Positions 41,101 through 53,400 of a DNA stretch of 64,000 nucleotides are shown here, in pieces. The notes beneath the pieces are model-generated. The model was not told the DNA's origin, searched no databases, and saw only the letters and a program-made list of their open reading frames with translations. The position numbers and the translations under genes were made by a program. This DNA comes from Rhizaria sp. SCN 62-66. Its lineage: Eukaryota. Each line of letters opens with the position of its first letter. Within the stretch, counting starts at the first letter, position 1. The stretch is from NCBI GenBank assembly GCA_001724265.1, contig MEDY01000101.1, forward strand, positions 62,001 to 126,000. The letters run 5' to 3'.

Positions 41101-42477
41101 AGGCGTGCGCGGAGCTCATGACCAAGTACCAACTGTGGGACTTCCTGATGCAGAATCTTGTCCCGACCCAGGACAACGACGACATCGCGATACAGGTCAT
41201 CATGCTACTGGGCAATCTGGCCGTGGACAGCCGCACATCGGGCATCCTCACCACGCCCAAGCTCGTCAACCTGCTCGACGAAAATCTCGCCAGTACGTCG
41301 CTGTCAATCCACCGTCATTCTCATCCACCTGCTGATTTATGGAATGAATAGCTTCAAATCGAATGAAAACCAATATTATTAGTGTTTATTGTATATGTAC
41401 TGTATCTGAGATCATTTTTTTCACACATTTTATCTGCTTCATTTGATAATGGGTTTTCTTTGTGTCTTTCCCCCAAGTCGCGGCCAAGGAGGGCGACTCT
41501 GAGATGATCCAACAGATCCTCTTCACCATCTTCCGCCTCCTGCAGCACCGCAAGTCACGCGAAGTCGTGTGCCAGATCCCCGCCATTCACGACCTCATCA
41601 TCACGTGCATCGGCTGGCCGCACCCGCTCGTGCGCACCTACGCCAACTCGTGCATGGACGTCATCCTGGAGCACCCCGTCACGCAGCTCAAGGAGGAGCT
41701 CATGAAGTACGTCACTACGCGCGATTTCGGCGATATTGAACTTAAATTCCACAGAAATTTGCAAAGTCTGAAACATAATATTGAGAAAATATGTTATCAT
41801 TGCTCACTCACACACAATGCTTTATCCTTTGTTTGTTTGTGTTTTGTTTAGCCGTCGCTTCGAGGTGTACAACGAGGCGTACATGGCCATCATCAGCGAT
41901 GGCGGGCTTGCAGACCTGGTTGACGAGTACGAGGAGGGCGAGCGCGCGCAGCTCGAGGCCGAGGCGTTGGCCGCCGACGCCAACGCGGGCCTCCACGGCC
42001 ACGGCGGCGCGGGCGGCGACTACGGCGACGACGACGGCGACGGCGAAGGGTTCGACTCCTTCTACGGCGACGGCGGCGGCCGGCTCGGTGGCTGGGGCAA
42101 CAACAGCGCCACGGGCGGCGGCGCGGGGACGACGAACCGGCGCGGCGTCTACGGCAACGGCTACCGCGAGGAGGAGGACAGTGGTGAGGACGACGATACG
42201 CTCGGCAGCGGCGCCAACTACGGGGACGACGTCGCGCAGGTCAGGGTACGTTAAACAGCCGTCAATATAGTGTGTATATGGTATATCATTACGAGCGCCG
42301 TTATGAACATATTGACATTATTTGAATGTCCGTCGATTCTGTGTCAAAACGTGCATATCTGTATTTTACATCCGACTTAAAACTCACCCTTAACAACTTG
42401 CAAACTGTGCTCCTACTTCGTGTTATGTTTGCTTGTAGTCGCTTGGTGGTGACAGCCGTGTGTCTCGCCGCGCATAA
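38145..42477 (+). CDS. KIFAP3: Kinesin-associated protein 3 (kinesin-II non-motor subunit, KAP3/FLA3), 10 exons, ~979 aa
   Basis: Exons 38145-38265, 38416-38487, 38628-38680, 38808-40055, 40217-40383, 40553-40976, 41100-41292, 41478-41706, 41852-42245 and 42439-42477 (TAA) are all phase-consistent with GTACG donors. Signature segments: LDSYLEDLYEEDVDKKIRATGLILQL..PDHLEKL..NQQLTSALARVL.DD.KKSIAL.TNI..VFFCFSS, and KQEKLLFVCFYILLNMSED. The last small exon is less certain. Confidence 0.92.
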
Positions 42478-43088
42478 GGATGTTGGTGGTTGGTGTAATT
42501 AGGTCTACACACATTTAAGGCAGACAGCAGAAGTGCCGGATCAAAGAAGATGCCAGCGTAGTGTGGTACTGCGCGGAACGATATCGGCGTAAATTGCGCA
42601 GATTTAGGAATTAAACTATGAACAGCTTATATAGAATTGTATGAATAGTTGCAAATGCGAACAATAAATTTGAACAAAAAAGATTTAAGACTTGAAAATC
42701 TTTCGTAAAGTGAATTTCTGATATCCGTTGACTGGACCCAATGACTGTGGGCATCGCTTGTGCCCACGGTCACTAGACGAGGTTGGCTTCGGTCAACGCC
42801 CAGCTCTCTTGTCTGCCTCCTTTGGTATCTAAATGACACGACTACACATGCCATACTTGCTCTGATAGTGACGGAATTAAAAGAATAGAGTCTTTGTGAG
42901 TGCTCGTAAATTATATTCAAGCCTTGTTCCTGCATGATGGACTTGACCGCGCGCAGCTGCTATCGTATCCGGCATGTTAGCCTCATTCCCCTCGCACCGC
43001 CTACTTGCTCTCTTGCGCCCTGCACTCGACCTCTGACTCACTGTTTGCACTCCTTTGCTCCGACTTTTCTCAACAGCCGCTCTTCGCA

Positions 43089-46000
43089 ATGAGTGCGGAT
43101 GAGCCCCTTGGCTCGCCGCTCCCTGCGCTGGAGGTCTACAAGGTCCGTTTCGCTCCCGCTCCACTCGTCAATGCTATCTCCGTCCTCTCTTCTCTCGTAC
43201 TCCTGCCTGCACTCCTCTCACGTGCCCCTGCTCACACACCATACACTCCTGCGTCATTCACCTTATTGCCCCGGTACAGCGGCAAATTGTCGACCTCTTC
43301 GGCAAGACTCAGAACGAGGTCGTGATCCAGCTTGATGCCATCCTCAAGAAGCTCCGTTTCCAGCGTCAGCGCATCCCCAAGGAGAAGATTCACGACGAGG
43401 ACCGCTTCGACTACGCCCGCGCCGTTGCGCTTGTGTCGGCCGCCGTGCGCGACTCCTTTTTCGAGTGCCTCGAAACGCTCGTCGATCGCCAGTCGTCTGA
43501 CCTGGTCCGCACAAAGGTACTACAGATCTTCGTCGAGTTCGGCGCGATCGAGACGGCCGCGCAGGGCGAGCCGCCGTTCGGGCAGACGGCGCTGGCGTCG
43601 CTCGGCAATATCATGCGTTCATCGCCCGAGCTGCACACGCTCTTCATTTTCCAGTGCCTCAAGGAGCCCTTCACGGACATCGTGCTGAGCATGTCCGAGA
43701 CGTACCTGGGCTTCATCGCGCGCGAGCTGGCCGTCTGGACGCGCATGCGCCAGCACCAGCTCGAGCTTGCAGAGGGGCTCGGCGCGTGCGCGAAGAAGTT
43801 CGCCAAGGTGCATCAGGTGCTGCTGGACCGCGTGGAGCGGTTCTGGGAGCAGTCGAGCGAGAACGTCGAGGAGTGGCGCAACCACCGCGACAACAACGCC
43901 TTTAACGCGATCTCCCAGGTCATCACCTTCACGTGCAAGTCGCCCAATACGGCGCGCCGTTACCTGCCCGAGCTTCCGATCCGCCTCTACACCAAGATGG
44001 ACGAGTTCTCCCGTCTGCGCGGTGTGTACATCAAGAACCGGTGGATCTTCTCGCCCTTCCTCATGATGTCGCAGCTGGCAAACGCGTGCCCCGGCATCGC
44101 CGACTTCTTCGCCGGCCCCGTGTGGGACCGCAAGGTGGTCGAGCCCGAGCTCATGCGCTTCTACGAGCCCCTCGCGCCGGCGCTGATCAACCACCGGCTG
44201 ATGAAGCACCTGCTCGCGCAGCTCTCGCAGCTGCTCTGGGAAGAGCGTGAGTCGTTCGGTGAGCCCGCCGTGATGGCCTACTACGTGCAGACGCTCTTCT
44301 CCATCGTGCGCCACTCTGCCGCGGCCGCGAAGGAGTTCCTCACGGCCTACGGACAGCAGCGCGGTAAGATCATCGAGTCGCAGAACCGCAACGGCACGCT
44401 GTCCTTCTTCGCTGTGCAGATCCTGCAGCGCGCGCTTGAGTTCGCGCAGACGAGCGGCCCGCTCTGCAACGCCTGCGTGCAGGGCGTGGTGATGATTTGC
44501 GTGCCCACGCGCGGGCACGAGAAGATGTGGCAGGAGTTGCGCGAGGAGATGGAGAACTCGCTCTCGGACGTCGTGCGCATGCTGCAGGACATCTGCCAGA
44601 AGCTACTCACGACCACCGCGGACCAGCAGAGCGACGCGACGAAGGAGGCGTTGATCGGCGTGATCACCATCATGTCGACCTACAGCTCCAGCGCGCGTGG
44701 TCAGCTGTTCAACACGGAAATGGTCAAGAACTACTCCCGCGAGCAGATCATCTTCCGCGTGCTCTCGACCGAGGCCACGGCGACGGCGACCAACTTCATC
44801 GACGACGACGTGCGCCTCGCCGCCGCCAAGTGCCTCGTCGCGCTGTCCATCTCTAACTTCCAGCAGCACGGCATCCAGCACCTGCTCGACCTGTTCTCCT
44901 CGCTCCCGCTCGTCGTGTCGTCGACGCACTACGAAGTCATGTGTTACCTTACCTACTTCATGTTTAAGATGGCGCTGCACGAGGACTCTGGCGAGAGCGG
45001 CCGCGGCAACACCGTCGATAACAGCCCCGGTAAGGTTTTCCGCTCGCTGTACGCGCCCGAAATCTCCGCCACGATCTTCACGCTGCTGGAGCGGCTTGTG
45101 CTCGAGTCCGCGGCCGAACACGCCTCGTACTGGGAGCTCCGCTTCATGCAGGCCTGCGTCAAGTTCCTCATGGCCGGCGTACGTCTTTCTTTCATTCACA
45201 ATAATGGCATTGATATCTTCTTTTTTATGGTTTGCTTCTTATTATCATGTCAAATACTCTCACATCACATATTTCTTTAATCTTTTCTTTCATCCTCGCT
45301 CCTCCCCTACAGTGGGTCAAGATGGAGTTCCACGCTGACAACCTCGGTCTGCGCCCCATCGACATCTTGTCCGCGATCGTGGGCAAGGAGCAGAGCCGCG
45401 TGCAGCAGCTGGGCGTGATTTTCGAGGAGCGCAAGCAGCGCTACTACCGCCTCATCGAGCAGCGTCGCTGCGTTGTCTCCGAGGACGAGCTCATCGACCA
45501 CAGCGAGTTCGACAACAAGACCTACAAGCTGCCCGACATCCGCCTCAAGAAGTACGCCCACGTCAAGCTCTCGCGGCTTGACTACCAGCACGCCTTCCTG
45601 GAGCAGACCTCGCTGGGCGCGCGCGTATCGAACCTGCTGCCCGCGCTGGGCGAGCTGCGCCGCGTGGACATCGTGGCCTTCCGCCTGATCCATCAGCTGG
45701 CTAACGTCATCGAGAACGTCACTTTCGTCGGCTCCGTCACCACGCTGCTCGAGGCGGACTTCGCCGAGTGGAACAAGGTGGACCCCGGCAAGCCCGTCGC
45801 GCAGTGCGACGCCGACGAGCAGCCTAACTTCGGCGAGCGCTCGCTCACCGTCACGGCGCAGGGCAACTCGGAGCTGGTCGACATCCGGCCCTGCGCCAAC
45901 ACGCCCAGCGAAAACAAGGACATGTGCCAGCTCTTCGTCGCGTACCGCAATCTCAAGCTCGCGGACCCGTCGCCCGCGGACCTGGCCGCCGGCGTTATCA

Positions 46001-49000
46001 TGCCCGGCGTGGTCCTCTCCGAGCTCTGCAAGGACGACCGCAACGTCTTCCTCGTCGCGCGCGTGAACCGCACCGTGGTGGCGGCCGTCTTCGCGGGCCC
46101 ATACCTGACCCCGCAGCAGCAGATCGACTACACGCGCCGCAAGATCGCCGAGGCCGAGCGCCAGGGCCGCGCGTACGTCGAGGACCCGCACGACACGAGC
46201 GACCTGCGCAACGCGGCGCTAGTGACGGGCTACTTCCACAGCACTGAGCTCAAGGCCGAGCTGCGCATGGTGCAGGTCGAGCTCATGGCCGTGCTGTCGC
46301 ACCAGCTCTACACGCGCGGCTTTTTGCGCTGCTACTTTAAGGCCGACAAGGTCGAGCGCCAGATGCTCGGCGAGTCTGGCGCCGTGCTCGCCATGGCCGC
46401 CGACCCGCTGCTCAACGACGAGGAGGGCAAGAAGGGCGCCGTCGTCGCCAAGGATGCCGCCGCCACTGCGGCCGCCGCGGCCGGCGGCGCGGGCGACCTG
46501 GACGCCGCGCGCGCGCTGTTCCACTGGGACCTCAAGACCAACATCTGGCGCAAGAACAAGGAGCACATTTTCTTCATCAAGAACAAGATTCTCGAGTCGC
46601 TGCTGCAGCTGCTGCTTGACGACCAGAACAAGAACCGCGTCGATGACGCCAAGCGCGCGGGCAAGATCCCCTCTGTGCGCAGCATTGTGCAGCGCTTCAC
46701 GCCGCTGATCCGCATCAAGATGGAGGAGTACGGCGGCCAGCTCACCACCGAGTTCGAGGCCACCAACGCCGACGGCACCCTCCAGGCCTCGGCCTTCGCC
46801 AACGACGCTGACGACGACGCCGCGTCCTCCACCTCGGCCTCGGGCGCCGCGGGTCCCGGCGGCCGCCGCCGCGCCGAAGGCACCGCCGCTCGCAAACGCT
46901 TCCAGAACCTGGTCGAGCGCGAGTTCAAGAACGGGCTTGTGTCGGCTAACTTCCGCGTCGACGCGCCGGTCTGGGAGAAGGTGCTGGCGGGCTCCCGCGA
47001 GGAGACGCTGGTCGAGGCCATGACGCGCGTGTCGTCGTCGTCGTCCACGGCGCCGCAGCCGATGGTGGCGGCCGCGCTGCTGTCGCAGTTGCCACCCGAC
47101 CTTAACCCGCGCACGAACCCGGACCTGTGGCCCAACGAGTGGCTCGCGCGCGAGATGGAGGCCATCGCGCTCGACGGCATTGGCGCGGGCGCGGGCGCGA
47201 ACGCCAAGGGCGGTAAGCTGTCCAACATGACCCCCGAGGCGCGCCAGCAGCAGAAGGAAATTGAGGCCGAGATGCGGCGTCGGCGCGCGAACCTGCTGGA
47301 GCAGGAGGCGAACCGCGTTCGCGACGAGCGCGAGGCCGAGGCGCGGCGCAAGGAGTGGGACCTCCCGCCGCTGCTGCAGTCCTGGGTCGTGCCGTCGTCT
47401 GCCGCCGTGCTGCGCATGGTGCACGCGATGCTGACCAAGTCGCAGGGCGACGTCTTTCAGCAGGTGTGCACCGCGCTGCGCACTATCCCGGCGCAGGGCC
47501 TTGGGCTGCTCGAGGCCGTGCGCGCGACGCTGTCGTCGTTCCACTACCAGCTGCGCGCTAGCGTGCTCGACTCGCTGCCGCTGGCCAACTACAACGTCTG
47601 CATGAAGATTCTCCTCGTCATCGAGACCTCGCTCGTCGACGTCGCCGCCGGACTGGAGCCCGCGCTGGCATCGCTCGAGTACTTCGAGCTGTGCCTCGAG
47701 ATCGTCAAGGACATGGCGCGGCTGCTGCTCTCGCTGCTTGAGTCGCGCAACGCGGCCTACACGGCTGCGGCGACGCAGGGCGCGGCCACCGTGCCCAAGG
47801 CGCGCGTCAGCACCGTGGCGGCCAGCACCGACGGGCTCGACAACCTCGCCGACGCCGAGGCCGCCGCCGCCGCGGCCGCCGCCGCCGCGGGCACGGCCGA
47901 CGTCACGCTCGGCGGCGCCGGGTTCGAGTCCGTGGACAACGCGACGTCCGTGGTCGGCAAGGGCACGCTGGACCCCGCCGAGGAGCGGCTCATGTACGGC
48001 ATCTGCAAGACGCTCGTGGCGCTCATGTCGCAGGTCTCGCGCATCTGCCTCTTCAAGGGCTCGTCGTTCCTCATCGTCGAGGGCAACCGCAAGTGCCGCC
48101 AGCACGCGCAGCAGCAGCTCTTCACCAAGTGCCAGCTCATCTGCGACACCGTGCAGGCTATCCTGCTGTACGACCTCGAGAAGGAGAACGAGATGGACGA
48201 CACCAGCTCGGCCGCGACCGCCGCCGTGCTCGGCGTTGCCGCGGGCGCCAGCGCGGCCGGTGGCGACAAGGGCAACCGCACGCGTTCGAGCCACATCATC
48301 CGCGACAAGACGCGCGTGTATGCCGTCAACGTGCTGTCGTACTTTATCCACGTCGACCACGTGTTCCGCTACTCGTTCCTCAACGAGTACTCGGTCTCAT
48401 CGATCAAGGCCGAGCGCTCGCTGCGCGCGAGCATGATCCAGCAGGTGCTCGAGGGCGCCGACATGCTGCGTTTCCGCGACAAGCTCGAGCCGTACTTGCG
48501 CATCCAGCGCATCCTGCTGCAGGACGAGTTCATCATCCAGGTCCAGTTCTTCGAGCACTCGCTTGGCGCGCCCTACGGGGAGAACTACTCGGGCTCCAAG
48601 CTCGTGTTCGTGACCAACAAGGCCTATTATGTCTCCGCCACGGCTTTCCCTGAAGACACGGCGCAGAACATCAAGGACTTCACGACGCCGGACCGTCTGT
48701 CGCAATTCGTGCACCTGTCTCGCTACGACTTCTCCGACATCGTCCGCATCTACCGCGACATTTCGGGCCAGGTCATGGGCATCCGGCGTTTCTGCGACCC
48801 CGCGGCGGTGCGCATCCGCTCCACCACGATCCGCAAGCAGACTGACATCTTCCTGAACCGCACGCAGGGCGTGGTCGAGTCGTTCCTCACCGAGCTCTCG
48901 CGCCGCGCACGCGACGACGCGCACCGCGTGCACACGATCGCGCTCGACGAAGTCACGCCCGCGGCGCTGCCGTTCCTGTTCCAGGAGTGCCGCAGCGAGC

Positions 49001-49680
49001 TGTCGTCGTCGACGTACCCGAAGCTCATGACGCACGTGCATGTCATCAAGCGCGACAAGTCCGTGGTCAAGCGCGTCATGTCCTGGGTCTCAGTCGGCGA
49101 GGGCGGCGGCGACCAGTTCATCGTCATCACGCCCTACGACGCCAAGTCCTGGGAGCCGGCGCTGGCGGGCGAGGATGACGACGAGATCGTCGACGCCGGG
49201 CCCTGGGACCCGTCGCGCGTGCCGCGCCCGCCCGCGAACCGCGGCGGCAGCGGCGCGCGCGGCGTACGCGGCGGGCTCGACGACAAGGTCATCGACGCTA
49301 AGTCGGACCAGCTCAAGGCGATGTTCTCCGTCCCGGCGCCCAGCGCGCTGCCCGACTTCATGAACGCGCTGCCCTCGCTTCCCGTGGGCTCCTTCGGCGG
49401 CGCCACGCCCTTCTTCTTCCCAGTCACCGAGATCCAGTCCGTGGACTTTACCGAGGACTCCGAGGCCGAGATGATTATCCGCATCAAGCGTCTTGGTGGC
49501 AGCAACGACAAGGAGAAGCGCATCCCGTCCGTGTACATCAAGTTCGCCGACGACACGGGCCGCGAGATGTGGCGCCGCGAGCTCAAGAAACTCTTCTACT
49601 CCGGCTCCTTCGGCCGCTGGCAGGAGAACATCCTGCCCGACCTCTCCGACATGTCGCGCCGCAAGCAGGAGCTGCTGTGA
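43089..49680 (+). CDS. Large hypothetical protein (~2,106 aa): helical ARM/HEAT-like regions, possible GNAT-like insert, two C-terminal PH-like domains
   Basis: Exons 43089-43142, 43280-45178 and 45313-49680 (TGA); introns GTCCGT...TACAG and GTACGT...TACAG are both phase 0 and join the 652-aa and 1482-aa track ORFs. Third codon positions are strongly G/C. Domain calls are pattern-based only. Confidence 0.85.
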
Positions 49681-50416
49681 GCACGTGAGTGAGTGAAACA
49701 TTGAACGTTTCAAATCGTTTAGTAGTTGTTATATATGATGCTAGTTATCATATCAGTCCTAGCTATGGCCACCATGTTTGTTCTTTTAGTATATGAAGAT
49801 TTATTGAATCTGTTGAGAAGTATGTGTAGTATGTAAAAGTAAATAAACAAAGACCTTATTGAATCCATTCTACTGTGGCACATTTGCTGTTTGTTCCGTA
49901 TGTGCATTTGTCTGCCAAATGCAAACGTAACAGTCAAGCGACTCGTGGCAATTCGGTTGTGGTTGTCGGAGAAGGGTGTTGTCAGCCTTATTGGAGGAGG
50001 CATATCTGGGAGTTCAATCGACAGTTAGGGTAGGGTTGTCAATGTATAGTCTTGTCATAGACTGGATGTTCCATATCTCTTTTAAAAATCCCTCAGTGTG
50101 CTTTGCCAGCTCGTGCTCACCTCTTCATTATCACCACATAGACTTGAACCCGTCGGCCTCAGGGCAACAAAGTATCTCTGAGCCTATCCGTCGAAGCCAT
50201 TAAAATGCGTGATACCACCGTTTTCTAGCCCATAGCGTATGATATTACTAGTATATTTGCTCATATCTTCATATAATGAATTCTTTATGTCTGCAGCAGC
50301 CAAACCCAACCTCCCCCGTTCAGCACGAGGTCTTGGCTTCACAACTCTACACCAACACACAGCAATCCCCCCGCGCGCCCCGTACGCGCCTGCGTCAGTG
50401 CCGCAGTGTTTACCCA

Positions 50417-53400
50417 ATGTTGTGGTCGGTAATTTCTTTGGTGCTACCTCGCCTGGTCCACTTCTTCGGCCGGCGCGCCCTGAACAAGTACCTCGCCGCC
50501 CCGCTGCAGCCGGCACAGATCGCATGCTCCGTGACCGACGGCGTCCTCGCGCTGACGCTCACGCGCCTCGTCTTCGACCCTGACCGCATTAACGCGCTCC
50601 TGGCCGAGGAGAGCGCACAGGCGGGCCAGCCCCTGCGCCTGCGGCTGCTGTCCGCGGCCGTGGCGCGCCTCGCCCTCTCGCTCCCGCTGCCCGGCAGTGC
50701 GGCCCTCGCCGCCGGCACGCGCCCGCTGCTGACGCTCACGGGTGTGCGCTCGGAAGTCGAGCTGGCCACCGAGACGCCCGAGTCAAACCTTCTCGGGCTG
50801 GGCGCGGCGCGGCTGCTTGCGCGGCTGTCGCGGCCCGCGATGCGCCGCGCGCTGCAGAGCGCGCTGGCCGACATGCGCGGCGCCGACGATGAGGAGGGCC
50901 GCAAGATGATGACGGACCTCCTCAGCGTCATCCACACGGACTCCAACAGCAACTCCAGCGGCGGCGCGGGCGCTGGCAGCGGCAACAGCAGCGGCGCGAG
51001 TGCGGGTGAGGAAGACGAAGACGAAGACGAAGACGGCGACGGCGACGGCGTCAAGGCTGCGATGCGCAACAGCCGCCGCGGCGGCGACAGCGAAGCGGGC
51101 GTGCTGCCGCGCCTTGCCAAGGCTATCTTTAAGCAGGCCACACGCGCCACGTGCACTGTCAAGGACATCGTCGCTATTGTTCGTGTGCCCTCTCCTCGCG
51201 ATCTCGTTCCCGTCAACAACACTCCCAGTGGCCCCCAAGGTACGGCTGCGAAACCCGCGTCTGCCTCAGCCGCAACCGCTGCTCCGCAGCTGCTGCAGCA
51301 CGGCCCCGCGGCGCCGCTGCTCGGCGCTGGCGCCGCGCTGGCCGCGAGCGCGCCCGCGCCTAGCCAGTCTGCGCGCGCGCCCGACGGCTGCGCGGTGCGC
51401 GTCGCGCTAACCAGCGTGACCGTGCGCGACCCCAGTGCGCAGTCCAGGCGGCGCGGTCAGGCGCGCGGCAGCGGCGCGGACGACAACGGCGGCGACAGCG
51501 ACAGCGGCAGTGACGACGACGATGACGACGACGATACTGCGATTAGGTCGTATAGCAAGGCCCTGGAGCTGGGGCGCGTGACAGTGAGCATGGCGTCGCT
51601 GACGCGCACGCCGCACCGCGTGGTCTGGTGCTACAAACGCCGTCCGCAGCAACAGCAACCGCAGCAACAGTCTGCGGCAAATAGCAATGTGAACGCTGCA
51701 TCGGTAACTCCGATAGTCACACCTGTGCCCTCGGCGCCTGTAACACAGCAGGCTAACCTGAATGCAAGCGTGGGCGGTGGGATGCGCATTGGTAACAGGC
51801 CAAGTCTCTCTGCATCAACGGCCTATACCGCGAGTTCACCAGCAGCAGCTCCAGTCAGTGTTGTGACTTCGCCACCTGCCGTTGCTTCGACTAACAGTAG
51901 TGCCAGCGCCAGCACGACACAGACTCAGAGTCGCAGTGCGCTCGTTGTGTCGCGCCGCAGCGAGACCGTTGGCGGGCAGTGGGTGATGTCGCCGTTCCGC
52001 ACTGTTCTCGTGTTCGACAGCCCTCTGTCGCAACAGAAGCAGCAGCAGCATCCCGGCGCTGCGGTCAATGCAGACACTATCACGGTCGACTTAAGGCTTC
52101 CGAACCCGCACGTGATGCTTGCGCAGGACATCATCGCCGCGCACATTCGCAACAGCAGCAGTAACAACGGCAAGAGCAGCAAGACCAAGACGGACGGCGA
52201 GAGCGCGAACGCCGCTGTCATCGATGTTGTTGACAGCGACCCTGCTGCCGAGGGAGTCAACTCCACTGCGACCGACAACAACGGCAGCGCATTGCACGCC
52301 GCGCACGTCGCGGCCCGCAAGCGCGCGCAAGCCCAGTCTAAGCTGCGCTGGGCGCGCAAAGTGATGGCGCGCGCAGGCGACGACCCGCAGGCGTTCGAGG
52401 TGCGCATCGCGGCCGCGGTGCCTCCGGTGCTTGCGGTGCTCTCTCCACGCGAGGTCGAGCTCACCGTCGCGATGCTCGACAGGCTGAAGCCGCCGGCGAC
52501 GGCCGCCAACGTGGCCCACTCGCAGTCGTCGGACCCACATCAACACACAGGTGCTGCTGCGGCCAGTGTCACTCTCGCGAATGCCTTTGACGACGCGTTT
52601 TCCGATCCCGTGTCTGAGACCGATGCAATGACAGTAACAGCAGCGGCGTCCACGACCTTACCGAGTGCGCGTATCCTGCCTGTTGTGAACTTCTCGCTGG
52701 ATTTGCCGTGGCTTGAGGTTCGTCTGCTGCAAGAGAATGTGCCTCTTGCGGCGGAAGCAAAGTTGCGCCAGAATTCGAAGCAGGCAAAGCAGCAGCAGCG
52801 CCAGAGCGAGTTGCTGGCCAAGACCGCTCTCGCTCTCCCTAACATGGTATCGACTGCAGTCGCATCGCAGCGCCCTCTTGGAAATGGCAATAGTAGTGGC
52901 ACTGAGTCCAATGTAGGCCCGCTGAGTCAATTGCATGCGTTTGTACTCACCGCGTACAAGACCGCCACGACGTCTGTGCTTGCGCGTCATGTTTTTGCCG
53001 CGGCCGCGACAAACAAGACCAGCGCCGGCGGCGTCAAAGCCCAGGGAACTCGCCGTCACCGCGACGCTGCGTCAATCAACCTCATGCGTGCCACAGCCAG
53101 TGCCCGCGCTATTATGGGCGAGGCGGGGCACGCCTTAAGTGCGGCTGCGAACAACAGCGCAGTCATGACGACCGATAAGTTTCTCGCGCTATTTGCCGCC
53201 CGCTTCCCCTGGGCACCGTCTACCGACTATGTCGCTGTGTCGGTCGCGGGTGGTGCTGTGCTGTCACAACGCGTCGTTTGCCACCGCGCAAACGCCAACA
53301 CGGACGCGGCTAATCTGAATACGACCAGTGCGAAGGCTAGCGAGCCTGACATCATCGGTATCCGGTCTGCACTCACGTTGTCGCTCACTGCTCTCACGGT

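Noticed and set aside
46219-48360. 713-aa antisense ORF (also 38934-40067, 43619-44518, 45307-46191)
   Set aside because: These are in-register antisense mirrors of strongly GC3-biased genes with no independent motifs.
50276-50416. Upstream in-frame extension of the ATG2-like ORF
   Set aside because: It is AT-richer and non-coding-like. Chorein-N similarity begins right after the ATG at 50417, as expected for this family.
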